Below are positions 23,441-36,200 of a stretch of DNA of 64,000 nucleotides, one piece after another. The notes beneath the pieces are model-generated. The model saw only the letters and a list, made by a program, of their open reading frames with translations, did no database searches and was not told the origin of the DNA. Origin of the DNA: Amphiscolops sp. MND2022. Lineage: Eukaryota. Made by a program: the position numbers and the translations under genes. How positions within the stretch are numbered: position 1 is the first letter of the stretch; each line of letters begins with the position of its first letter. The stretch is from assembly GCA_964187785.1 (NCBI GenBank), contig OZ076421.1, forward strand, positions 10,416,001-10,480,000, read 5' to 3'.

Positions 23441-26400
23441 CGAAAATTTGTGTTTTTAGACCTTCCCTTTCACATCAGAAAAACATTGCCCTTCTTTTTC
23501 TATTGCGTACGGTAATCGGTTCAAGACCGTAAAATATTTCAAAACAAGAAAAAAAATTCTGGAAACAATCTTAACACTAACGGTATTGGTACATCCTGAC
23601 TTCTTCTCCAGCAGCAATCTTTTCTTGTTGCTTCGTGCAATATTTGGCTCTTCTTTGATGGCGCTCTTTACTTTTTTTTGGTCGTGAAAATCTGACCACA
23701 TTTCTCGCACGTCAAAATCTGGGCAACTTGTTCCTGCTTGCTGACACTTTTGCATCCGGGAAGATGACGGGTTAAGTGCCATTTTCTTCCAGCAACGTAG
23801 TCGCAATTCGAACACGGGAAACCTAAAGATAGCCTTTTGAATTATACGAGATGAAGAAGTCAAATAAAAAACCAACCTATACATACAATATACATACCAA
23901 AATCAGATTGTTTTCCACGAGTTACAAAAATGATAGGTTTCATTTAGATTGCTGGAAACTTTGAAAAATGGTAGACATGATATATTGATCCACGTGATGT
24001 TTGATTTGTCAAACTATTTATCATTTCAATTTCAATATCAAAAAATGGAGATTGTCGCTTGTCAATTGGAATTGTCAAAACGAGTACAAGAACGAGTAAA
24101 TGGAAGTCTTACGTTTTTTAGGTGGCGGAGTGGTATCTCGAAATTCGTCACAGAGTTGTCGTTTTCGGTTTCTGGCAAACCAGGGCAAGTGCGGGCATGA
24201 ACAGCAAGGGCTTCTCGAGTGGGGGCATAATAGTCGCAAGCACCGATTGTGCAGAGATGACCTGAGTAATAAAACAACGATGAAAATATATACAAAAAAT
24301 GTGAATATATTCAAAAATTATTTTTTGAACACCGCTGTTCATACAGCCTCAAAATTTCAATACAAATAAATCCAAATAAAGTAAAGAAACGTTCATCAAA
24401 TTTTCAAACATTTTTCACCTTCGCAGTTGAATTTACCCGTTTCAGCAGTTTGATAGTTTTTGACCTTTTTCACTGATAGTCAAGAAAAAGTAACGCAGGA
24501 ATTAACGACTTACCAAGGAACAGTTCTGATGATGAGTCAGATGAGTCCATGCGGGATCTAAAGTTCTGCGAAGTGCTGGGTCCGCTGGGTCCGGGGGCTT
24601 GCTCAGAAGTACTTTGCTCAGAAGCAGCTGTTTTCTTCGATTTCGGCTGTAACAACTTGAAAATGTGAATAAAAGGTCCAAAATATCAAGTGCAAATAAC
24701 ATGAAATTTAAATTAGTTCAAACAACGAAGACAAAATTGTTTACGAGAAAGTTTGGATCTTTCCGTCTCATCCCCCCATCGATTTAAGTCCCCCAGTTAT
24801 TATTAAATAAAAGTTTTATAAATTACCTTTAAAAAAATATTAAAGTATCTCATTAAACATACAATTTTTTTGGAAAAGAATCTGCGTAAAACAATTTGAA
24901 AGTTATCAGGACACTGTTTGAAAAACTGCCCTAAACTTTGAACCAGAATCTGCTACTCAATTGTAAAATCAATTACAGTAGGGGGCTTTTATAACGACCC
25001 AAAGGGGCAGTTGATTTTAAACTGATAATTTCCTGATAAAATCCAAAAACAGTTTCTTGGAATTTGGGATTAAAATTGAAACAAGTAGAAGCCAAGACGC
25101 AATGAATAGCTAACTTTAATTTCGACGCTCTGAATACTTTTGTTTATTCCAATCTTGGAACCAATCTTTGAAAAAAATCCATAAGCAAAATCAATACAAA
25201 GACACTTTAGTGAATTCCCAAATACCATAAGAGCAAATATCATAAAACGAAATTAGTTTCAAATGACAAAAATGAAATGAGTTTGACATTATAAAATAAA
25301 ATTGTTTACGAGAAAGTTTCATTTTCATGTTATTTGAACCTAATTTTGTTTTTATGCTATTTGCTCTTATGTTATTTGGTACCTAATCGACAATTTTTCA
25401 ACCAAAAATTTATTTCCGAAAACGAAAAAATCAACTTACCATTATGATTGGCTTCGGGTTATATCCGTTGATTGGCTGAGGGTAGTATCGGCTGCTGGAT
25501 GTCTGCAAAACTTTGAGTTGTTGAGAGAATCAAAGAGAGATTCAATGGGAGATTCTGGCTTGTTAATCAGTTAACAGTCCGAACGGTGAGAAAACAAGTT
25601 TGACAATGAAAACTGCCGGTCAGTTAGCAATCAGTCAGTTGCTGTGATACGCGCCGCTGATACGAGCCGCTGATTAGCCAATAGGAATCACCCACAGTTG
25701 GAACAGTCATCAGTTTGGTACGAGTTGCTGATACGCGCCGCTGATTAGCAAGGAAATTACTCACGATTGTAACAGTAATGATTTTGATACGAGCCGCTGA
25801 TACGCGACGCTGGTGAGCTTTCAAGCGATGACCGATAAGGCAATAACAATCATATCTGTTCTAATATTGTTGACAAGCAATAAGTTTAAAAGCAAATAGA
25901 AAGCAGTTTCTCGATGACCGTGTAAATTCGAGAATGTTCTAGAAAATATTCGAAAAAAATATTCGAATACGAAAAATCTTAATCTTTTGCTGTTTATTCT
26001 TCGCCTCGAATCTTGATAAAATTCAGTACGAATTTGGCCTCTAAACCTGAAGCATAATACATCATTGGTTGCTTTCATTTTCACGCCCGAAACGATCAAT
26101 AGAAACCGAAAATCTATAGTTAACGATTTCAAATATCGTTCAAATAGATATCATTTTGATTAATTTTGCTCAGATTCGACCCATGATTGGAACCAAAATC
26201 TCCCCATTTCTCCACTCTAATTATTCAAATAAATTTTTCATTTTCCAGTATAATTTATTTCAGTATAAATGTAGTATTTCACTCTTGTGTATCACTATAG
26301 TATAAAAATATTCCAGTATAGTATAGTGAACATTATAGTTAAGTATAGTACAAGTAACCTGAATCTTTTCAATTGCATTCTAATTGACTATTTTAATCAA

Positions 26401-26493
26401 ATTTTTATTTTTATTTATCTAAGCAGCTTTACGATTCGACCCACGATTGGAACCAAAATCCCCCGAATTCCACGAAGATTTTAAAATTTCATT

Positions 26494-26676
26494 AAAATAA
26501 TTTATTCCAGTTGGTATCAATGTATTTCACTTTTGTATATCACTATGTACAATCAGTATAAATATTTTGCACTTTGGTAAAGTGTTGAAAGAAATTTTCC
26601 TTTTTCGTTTTTTTTTAAAATTCATTTTCAAATTTCATTTTTTCAAATTCAAATGCAGTCTGTATAATTGTAGTAC
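26494..26676 (+). repeat. 183-bp direct repeat, right copy
   Basis: Matches 8891-9073. Confidence 0.9.
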
Positions 26677-26999
26677 GATAGTATAGTATAGTATAGATGA
26701 AAGGAAGAGAAGCCGACAGTTTTACGGAAAAAGAGACATTGATTTTAACTTGTTTGTGGAAATTGACTTTGTATTTACTCTCCGGCTTATTAAATTTGAT
26801 TTCAGCTAATTAAAATGTAAGTGGAAAGTAAGACGCTGAAATTTGCAGCCATCTGATTGGTTGTAATGCACTTTGTGGAATCCAAGACACGAATTTGGCG
26901 GCATCTTGTCGGCATTTGTCGGCATATTTTTGGTCCCAGTTTCCGCAAAATGAAACCGGCTAACGTATTAACCCATGCCCTCGGATTCCGAAAAACGCC

Positions 27000-29975
27000 G
27001 ATTTTCGTGGCGTGGATTCCGCAAAATCAGTGCTAAATAGCCAATTTTGCACGCTTTAAGACATGTCTGCGGAATCGGAGGCCTACACGCACAGAAATGT
27101 GTCTGTAGCGATTTAGCTTGCAGATGCACAGTAATGCCGTTGCCCCCATAGCTGGTATTCTGCAACGTGATCAATCACTTGGACCTCCGTGGCACCCTGA
27201 AGCGTTTCGAAGGAGGAAAAAGGCAATTGACGGAAGATATCATTACTAACGAAGTGGTGGCATACATTGAAACGGTAATACGACGGAGTACAGACTAAAA
27301 GTCCAACAGTAGGAGTGGTCTTCGTCTCACGCCCGCGGTACATCTATCTTCCGAAGCAGTTGCAACAGTTTCTACACCTAGTAGTGGAAGCAGCCTTGAC
27401 CCAGAAGTTGTACTTCTACATAGTGGCGCCCAACCTCAGAGTCAGTGCGATGATATGGCTCCCTTGCGAGACCTCCTATCTTGCACTGCTGGGCGAGATA
27501 TCCAAGGCTTTACAGGCTTATACCGGATACCATGGCAACTCACAATTTACAGCAGATGACGCAACAGCCTTTGATTTCGGCATGCAGATAGGCCACCGCA
27601 CAATCGACAAAAATGGAGTGCGCCAAGCCAATGAACTCAACACTGCGGAAAGAAAGAATATGATCGACAACGTATGGTTTGAAAAACGAGATGAGTTCAC
27701 AATTGATGAAAAGAAGCACGACCCTAAGTTTCACAAAGGGCTGCTATCGCTCTTGCGGAGGACCGAAAAGATTAAACTGAATTGCAGCGACGCCACTGTC
27801 TTTCTTGTGGCCACACAAGCCGTCGATTCACAACCTGATAAGGTGTCGCCCACGTTAGTGCTGTTAGTAGTGTTGGCCCGCAAGACAGCACAAGAGAACC
27901 AAGCAAAACCCCAGCTCTCGTACCAGTCTTGGTACGAAGCGATGCAAGAGCCATTGTCACAGGTGGCTGAGCGACATCAGATTCCATTTCCAATATTGCT
28001 GTTTAACATATCCTTGTTTTGGGTACCGTCCATTGCCCAGAGCGAGAGCAGTTTAGATGAGCAACAGATGAAACTATATTGGGAAGCCATGGAGAGAGCC
28101 ATAATCAGCGAAGTGCCAGCCTACTTAATGGCCGCTGGCCTTAGCACTTTTTATAAAAATTCTGTGCACATGATCCAGACGCTAGTCCACCACAAGGCCA
28201 GTTCCTGCTTGTTCAATTTTCTGGTATTCGCGAGGAACCAGAGAGGATGGATTCATGCAATCATCAACACACTAGACCCAGCAGGGGCATTGGAGCATTA
28301 AAACTGCACGCACAGCCAGAAGCGAATGTCGAAGCAATCCTAGTCTGGATCTACTCGGTGTGGGTAAACATATCGGGTGTGATGGGCACCCTGGATGGCG
28401 TGCAAATTGTGCGACACTACGCAGACGACCTGCCAGGATTCCTCTTCCCGTCGCAAGTGGCCAGTTGTTGCTAGTGGAAACTGAAGACCTGGTTCCTTTG
28501 ATTGCCCCTATTGTATGGCTAATCTTCGGTCCAATGATGGCACTGCCCTATCCCACGCAACCACTGAGGGTCGCTGCCAGAACACCCATGATGTCATTTT
28601 TGCACTTTGTAGACCCTAAGGAAGCCTCCTGACTCCCAAGCTTCCAGTCACTGGTAAGAACGTTCGCCAGCTTCAGACCCCCGATGGCATACACAATAAT
28701 TGAAGATGGGAAGCAGACTGAATACAATTTTGCGACACTGATCAGAGCCAGAGCGCAGTGCACCCTCCCCATGTCATTGGAGTTCCATCCAATGGAATGA
28801 CTACACGCCCCATTATGTCCAGACGCTGGTGCAGTACAGAAACGCTCGAGTTGGGTTGCTGAAACAACCCTAGGAACGCTGACTGTGGCAGTGCAACGCC
28901 TTGGAGGACGTAGAAAAGGCGCAGCGCCTGAACAGCGGCAGCACCAGATCGTCCGAGACACCTCTAGAATGTACTGCTCCAGGACGGATCCACGCGCCAA
29001 CACCGCAGCAATACTGACAACCACAACACCCTGGACCAATCAACCAGTGGTAGATCGAAAGATATACCAACGATACTGGCAGTTAAGAGCAACCATACCC
29101 AAGATCACAAGGGAACTGAATCGCAAGGCCTTACCCATCAGCAATGAGATGCCCAGTAACCCAAAGATGGCAATGGACTATTCCTGAGACCAATAGCCAA
29201 GCAAAGAGAGGGAGCAGAAGTTGCATTTAAAGGTTACGCAACCGCCGTACAGACCTACAGAGATATCTTCATCAAGAATGGATACCCGCAACTTGCAGAA
29301 AGGCTGCCAAAGTTACGCCCGCTGGGCTCTATCAGTGAACCACGAGCAGCAGGAGGTTCGAAAGTTTCTGCTGGTGGCAGTTCTTTTTCGATGGTGGCAG
29401 AAGACAACCCATCCAGCCCCTCTCAGTCTCTGGTAGCATCCGGAATTGAAATGACCGACACAGCAGACCAAATGGACACACGAGACCAAACAAGCAGCGA
29501 TACAACGGAAGCTCCAACCGAAGTAGAGAGAGAGGCGGCAACACCACAATACAGCTCAGGCACGTCCAATACCCAGATGGAGGTGCCTGCCATAGAAACA
29601 GAGCTGGACGAGCTCACCACCCTCGCAGAGATACGGGTACAGGATTTAGAAGAAGAGTTGCATGTTCCAGGCGCTCCTGCTAATGCACGTGATAAGCAAC
29701 AACAGAAGACCGCAAACTATTTGTTTATCGTTAACTGAATATTGCGAGAGGACCCAAGTTACAAAGTTGAGTTAACGTCTCGAATAATGAGCAATTTTTG
29801 TTTTACGAAGCGCCAATGTAGTATTTCGATTAGTTTGACTAGATGAAACCGAAGCGAAATTGATATTACTACCTGCTAGGTAGGTTTCCGCATGATGTTA
29901 AACCATTTGCAGATTGAGGTGCAATTGACTCTAATCCGAAGTGTCATCTGATGTTTTTTAGTGTCGCGTGGGGAG
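27000..29975 (+). mobile_element. Retrotransposon 3-prime accessory-ORF block (unknown proteins), ending in PPT-like GCGTGGGGAG
   Basis: ORF 27315-28301 and frames near 28480-28620 are homologous to minus-strand frames at 34070-35650 (GNSQFTADDATAFDFG vs GNSQLTIDDVIYFDHG; LVPLIAP..YPTQPLR vs LVPVLAP..YPTKPLR). Confidence 0.6.
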
Positions 29976-31129
29976 TACACTCCCTAAAAAATTTCTAGCA
30001 AGACTGACAATTGAGGAAACGAACTTTTAAAAACTGGTTTTTATTCCCTAGACTGTCAAATATTAGAAAAAAAAGCTACGAGAATGATGCCAGAAATGAT
30101 GCAGGAATTTTGAACAATACGATCAAATTAAAGTTGGAAGTATATTACTGAAGACCCGCTGGGTCAGTAGTATCATTTTCTCTGGTTTTCTGTGGACGAC
30201 AAACAACGTTCCGGGGAGGATGTAACGTCAAGCATTCGGTCCAAAATTTCAATGACACCAAAAATTTGAAGTAGAACCAACAATTGTGCGAGTCAGTATG
30301 GCCGAACTGACAGGTCCTTGAAATCATAGAGGAATGACGAAAAACAAACAAAACACCTCAACTCTTCCCGAGAAGATGAAAAACTCATAGAAGACGTTTG
30401 AAGATACTCGGAAGCAGCAACAGAGCTGTACCCGGTGATGTGACATTATCATCCGAGAAATGCCAAGATATACCATTTTGCCCCGAAGATGCAGAATCAT
30501 GCCAGATGCCAGAAACTGAGCAAACTCAAGCTGTGATGTTAACTGAGCTCATCTCGTTGTTTTTGCTACCGTTAACAGGTATTTGGATGATGTTTGACCT
30601 GCTAGGTCTTCATTTTGGTCCTTATTCTCTAAATAAAATCTATTTCAGCTAGACACAATTTTGGACCTTGGAAGAATGTAGGAACTCGCAGGATTTTCAG
30701 AATTACTTTTACAAGCTTGTGGACGTGTCCAGACTTTAAGTGTGCCGGCAAGTTGCCACGGAGCTCTCATATGAGGAGTCTCCTAAGACGTTCGGAAAAG
30801 TCCCCTAGACTTTGGCACTAAAAACTAGTGTCTAGGGCTGTAGTAAGGCAACGGTCTCCTCTTTAAGCACCCTAGGCATTGTCCCACTTCTACGATGTAC
30901 TCTGCTATGTGGACGTACACTCGGACCAAAGAAACAAGGCTAATGGGATGTCCTATTTCAATTGGTAAAAGTCTAGACAATAACGCTGATAAAGTTGAAC
31001 AACTTCGCTCCACATTTTTCTCCAACAGGCACCGTCACAGAAAAACGTTTGACGAATCTTAGCTGAAGAATGCAGAAGAAACCCTCACGGAAAACTTTCA
31101 TCAGGATTATGTGCAGCCACTGTGCACAC

Positions 31130-31700
31130 ATGTAAGCGAAGAAGACCTTGACAGCGCTCTGAAGGAGTCTCAAACAAGGCAAAAAGACATCCGATCCAGA
31201 TGGCATACATTTACGAATGCTCTAACACCGGAACTTTCTTCAAAATGGCCTGTTTCAAGCTTTCTCGCCTCACCCCTGTTTACAAGCAGGTATGATCATT
31301 TGGAATTAAAGTTAAGTCTTTTTCTCCGACAACCTCACAAAGGAGACTATACTATCGCTAACAGTAACAGACCAATTATATTCACTTCCTGCGTAAGAAA
31401 GTTGTTTGAACGCATAATAGAGAGACGATTGCGAATCGACTTGGAGGCGACAGGTTGATTGATGAAAGCCAAGAAGGATTCAGCAAGCGGCGAGGCACAG
31501 GTAGGTGGATTTATCAACTTATAGACAGTATTCAATAAAACATTGGGTAAGGAAATGTAGCGGCTGCCCTTTTAATCGACTAAGAAGAAGCATTCGACTC
31601 GATTTGGATTGACGGTCTCATGTATGAACTCCGTGAAGCAGAAATAAACAGCTACACTTTGAACATCAATGACAATTATCTCGGATACAAAACTGTTTGT
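31130..31700 (+). pseudogene. Non-LTR (LINE) reverse transcriptase fragment
   Basis: Frameshifted motifs KTSDPDGIH, NRPIIFTSCVRKLFERII, QEGFSKRRGT and LID*EEAFDSIW. Confidence 0.85.
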
Positions 31701-33229
31701 AACGACAAGCTTTCACCTTTGTCGCTGCAGGAATTCGAGATGGAGGAACACATGGTATGGGTATTTGCCCGGGACAGGCACCCATGACCATGTGCCCATT
31801 TTGCCTATTTCGGGTAAAAATTGTCCCGTCAGAAGAGGATTCCGCTTCTTGTGGAGTGCTCGCCGGCCTGATCCAGTCTTTAATTGCTGTCAGTACGCTT
31901 TTTCTAGAAACCATTGCTTACACAGCCTGTAAAATCAAGGTGATGGCAGAGGAAAACCTTGCAATTTCATTGATTTAGAATATGACAATAATTAGTAGCT
32001 CACGAGCTAGTTCAGTAACAAAATGAACAGATTACAGCATAAATAGCACAATGGGTGGCAATGATCAGTTGCGGACACAAGCACAAAATCTTGCCTAAGC
32101 TAAAAGACTCATTTCAAGTAATTGCAACCGCGAGTAGCGATAAGTTGATGAAAGAAATAGCACTGTGTCCGAAATTAGACAGTTTCCCGAGTCTGTTTTC
32201 GGCGTGTCTTGTTCGTTCTTCCCGTTTTGCGGGTCTGGTTTCGCTTTTTGTCGCTTTGTAGTTCTTCAATTCGCTGGGCAGCTCTTTGGTAAAGACACGA
32301 TATCCATCAGCGGATTATTATTAATTTGGTACTGAATCTAGCAGAGATATATTCCCTTGAACGAATTTTGCAAACATGTTTCTGACTTGACATGTGTTCG
32401 TTACATGAGTCCCCGGGGTCTATGCTTGACGTCCCTGTCAAGCGGGTGGTTGGAGCCTCGCATTGCATTCTCTCGACAACGTCGTAGCACAGACATTATT
32501 GTTCCTCAAGAGTGTCGTCCTTGCCGCTTCCAAACAAAACTGCTAAACTGCTTTTTACAAACAGAATTTTGTACAGCAACGGTGTTTTCTCTGCCTGTCG
32601 TTAGCAAGTCAGGCCATAAAAAGTTCTTTTCGGTTTACGTATGAAAAATACCTTTTTTGACCGTTACTTTGTGAAACTTGTTTTTTTGATAAGCGATCAT
32701 CACGTGACACAGATTAATGTTTTTTCCGAAGCTCGGAAGCTTCGCACTGCTTGGCCTCAATAAATTTTTTTTTGCGTTTGCCATAAAATCAGTCAATCGA
32801 TAGGATAAAACCTCTTTTGTGAGACTATTTGTTGCTCCTAATCTGTAACTCAGCAAAAAGTGAAAGTTTTTACCATTTATTTGGGCATATCAGTTGACAT
32901 TTTTTCTTTTGTTCTCCTTTTTTTTATTCATAAAGTAACCAAGAACTAAAATTAGTGTCAATAGCACCGATCATAAGATAGCACTATGGAAGCACTGGAA
33001 GTCAAAATGCACGCTTTTACCGCGAAATGAGAATACTAAGAACTAAAATTGCAAATTTATTACACCAATAAAAGTCTGATTAGGTAAGGCAAAATCATAG
33101 AGTCTAGCAGGTTGTCAGTCCTGTTTGGAATGTGAGCAGGGAGGATGAAGCCCGGGGGCTTCATCTCCACTTGTGCGTTTTGTTTGTGAGTGATAGTTCG
33201 ACTAATGGTTTTACTGATGTTCTTACTGC

Positions 33230-36200
33230 TCATGGAGTGGCAGAGTTATGACGTGTCTTTTGCTGATTGTCCTCGCCACGGTTTGGTTCGGTCAGTGACG
33301 CTCTGCGTGCAGAACCTTCTCGCAATACTACAGTCTCTTGGCTGTCAAGCGTGTCTGCAGCTTCAGGCTTCCAGGGGCCTTCTCCTGCAATGAGGTCCTC
33401 CGCATGTACAGGCGTCGCTAAGTGTTCTCCTTGCGTCGCTTTCTCGCTGATGGGCCGCCCTGGAGTGATGGTTTCGGTAGTGCTGGCATGGGTTCCAGTG
33501 GGAATGTGTACGTCCAATTGACTTGTGGCTGGCAGGTGTGGTAAGGGTAGCGGTCGGGCTCGTGCGGCGATTGCTCGCTTCTGTTTGACGCTAACCTTGG
33601 GGCGCAAATCAGGTCTGCCCCAGAGCCCACATGCTCGGAATAGTCAGTTGTCTCGTTTTTCGTGTTTTATGATCTGGCAAGAGGCTTCCCATTCGGGTCC
33701 AAGGGGGCCACTAAGTAGTTCCATGATGTGATAGCAGGTCTCAGCGGGCATGTGGGTTCCAAGAGGTGCAACTTGGGAGTACCACCTTTCCTTTGAGTTT
33801 TCCTCGTGATTTCTTCCAAACTCGCATTTTGTAATGAAAACCTCCAACTTGTAATGGACGCAAGAAACAAACTACTCGGCGTTCAACCAGACTGATTAGC
33901 TTTGCTCTGATCAACCCTATAGGTCCTCGCCAGAATCTTGCTGGAAATTTGATAGATTGAAAACTGTAATTTCGATTGTTATGTCCATTTAGAGTTTGCA
34001 GGCATCCAGTCACGTACTTTCGTAATAAGGATAGGCTCTAATCAAAGCGGACGGGCAAACTTTTTGCATTCATAGGGGCATTGTACCAGTTGACTGGACC
34101 GTATTCCCTGTGAAGGGGACAAGCTTTTTCGTCCTTGCTTTCAAGATTCCCTTGAGGTTGTGATCTTGCTGCACTTCTGACTTGTATGTCATGTACATTC
34201 GCGGCACGCGCATGTACAAGTCGCAGTCTAGAATCTGTTGGTAATAGTGTGGTTTCACGTTCTTGAGGAATGTTAAAATTGATACGCTTGGTGTCTCGGA
34301 TGCTAGGCGTAATGGTTTGGTCGGGTAACGCAGGTTACCTGTGTCGCCATAGATTGTGGTTAGCACGGGTGCTAACACTGGTACCAAATACGCGACCTCA
34401 GACAGTATGAAGTCGGCTAGCTGATTTGGCGTAAGGAATCCAGCCAACTCTGACTTCAGCTGGCGTCCGTCATATAGTGGCTGGGTTTTGTCTATACCGA
34501 CGAACAGTTCAGAAGGAAAGACCAAACTACGATAGATCTAGTGGTACAGGGATAGTTTCATCGCCTATAAAAGCGCGGTTTGTTCTTGTGCATCCTCCTT
34601 CTTCAATAACTCGGCGAGGGTTGTCAATCCTGGTATATCACCTCTTGTCATCAGCAGATAGGAAAAAAGATAATCTAAGTTGCTTTCTGCGACTAGCTCG
34701 GCCAGTATCATCATTGGCCAAGCAACGAGACGCTGCTGGCCGAAGGCTACCATAAGTGCGATAACTTCATTCAGGCGCATTTTCCCAATGATCTCACTGA
34801 TCTCTACGATACACTTTTCCTCCAATCCAAACTGCACACGCATGACATCTGGGCCCCACCCTAAGCCCAGGCAAATGGCAAATTGGCCCACAGACATCTC
34901 TAGCTCCTTGGCAATGTCTGCGATCGTGGTTCTCTCCAATCGTTGATACCAACTGTTTTATGTGCCTCTTAACGCTTGGTTTTCTGCATGCGTCTCGCTG
35001 GTCAGCTTGGCAGCTATATATTTCATTCCAAGCGACAGCTTATCCACACACACATCGGCAAACTGCAGCCGTGGGATTGCTCGCTCTACTTTTTTTACGT
35101 CTGCTACTTTTCCCATCAGTGCAGTGACCTCGGCAAGTTCTCTCTTGATGGATGTCTTTTCATTCACCGGTGGAGCGTGCGCTTTTCATCCAGTAATGGA
35201 CTCTTATGGCCTCCCATTCAGCTTGACTGGGTTCAGGAACATCCTTGTACCGTGATCGAAATAAATGACATCATCGATCGTCAGCTGTGAATTGCCAGTT
35301 TTCTCAACTGATTGCAGAACCTTCGATACTGAAGCAATTTACCCCATGTATCACAACCATGAGGGGTGCAAATCTCCGCTGATGATTTGCATAATGGGGG
35401 CACAAATGACAAAGTTGACTTCTCGGCCTTGGCAAATCTCTGTGACTAGGTATACGAATCGCTCTAGTGCAGAGTGCCAATGGCAGAACCCAGGAGGAGC
35501 CACGAATATCACGGGTACTTTCAACTTTTCTTTCAAGATGTTCTGTGCCTTTTCTGTGGCTCTGGCAAGACTAGTAGCTGCATTTCGAGGAGTTGGTTGT
35601 AAAATCTCTATATCCGCTAGCTGCGCCATCAATCCTTCGCAGGTCAAGTTGCCAAAGACTGATTACCACTTTGCGTGGAGGAGGTTCCTTGAAGGTACCG
35701 GTCATTTCCGGGTCGAACAAGTGTGGCTATTACTTCCGCCATCTCAGGAGTTCGTGACAGTGGCAGCGTGAAAACCATCACACCGGCCAACACGTTATCG
35801 ATGGGTATGTTCATCAGGAAGGTCGAGTCTATAAGCAAGGCGTAGCGAGCGCTGCAACCTTTCTTTAGGCATTGGTAACTGAGCTTCTAAGTCTCGAGCT
35901 TATCTGTCGTTTATTTCAAAGATCTCTCCTGCACGAAGTACGTACCTCCCCTCAAACAGCCCGCGTGGGTCGATCGCAAGGGTGTCCACGTAATTATCAT
36001 CTACGCTTGGTAACATATTCACGGCCTTACCGAGCCAGACTGGGTCTATCTGCGGAGTGTAGTCTGCTCGCAGTGGTATACTCATAAATACGGATACGCT
36101 AGACTTCTTGAACGTGGCATGTTCTCAATCACTTGGCGGACACATATTCTTCTCAATTCATGCTGCCGTAGTTGTTTTGCATGGGTGGTATATGTGAGTT

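Larger units (their letters stand above)
20330..25442 (-). pseudogene. Multi-exon zinc-finger (4 C2HC/C2H2-like) + KDM2/KDM7-type JmjC histone demethylase gene; ATG at 25442, with frameshifts in the ZnF exons
   Basis: Fingers: CTIGACDYYAPTREALAVHARTC, CSNCDYVAGRKWHLTRHLPGC, CEKCGQIFTTKK..RHQRRAKYC, CISCGTSFGYGYSLRNHIARSVKC. JmjC: YVLVTQDSAHTTWHQDYSSTSVFYTVLTGEKIFFLVKP and PANFLYFVLTKGNAISLGTNFL. GT-AG exons were traced. The last exon (20330-20746) is less certain. Confidence 0.85.
9209..26458 (+). promoter_or_regulatory. Dispersed motif A GACCCAYGATTGGWACCAAAA (13 good copies counted)
   Basis: Copies at 9209, 9486 (reverse), 10210, 11725, 15575, 20946, 21062, 22189, 23302, 23357, 23413, 26178 and 26438. 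None seen outside cassette A. Regulatory role is inference. Confidence 0.6.
8891..26676. mobile_element. Cassette A: candidate giant Transib/RAG1-like transposon with chromatin-modifier cargo
   Basis: Contains DDE transposase-BRCT, ZnF-JmjC, YR-like-SET, Tudor-like and small-peptide genes, all but Tudor paralogous to cassette B. A private motif and 166-bp arrays are confined to this interval, which is bracketed by 183-bp direct repeats. True termini not identified. Confidence 0.65.

Noticed and set aside
8760-26990. Transib-type CAC terminal inverted repeats and 5-bp TSD for cassette A
   Set aside because: Searched by eye around both ends; no convincing inverted pair was found.
30145-32640. 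Possible host-gene exons flanking the LINE fragment
   Set aside because: Splice-like sites exist, but every frame has stops and no recognisable domain.
33146-33163. Hairpin ATGAAGCCCGGGGGCTTCAT near the end of the accessory block
   Set aside because: Single occurrence with no counterpart in the paralogous block; function unsupported.
34565-34939. HTH-like start TIADIAKELEMS
   Set aside because: The paralogous segment in 27315-28301 (PLSQVAERHQIP) keeps only weak similarity, so it is not enough to call a DNA-binding domain.
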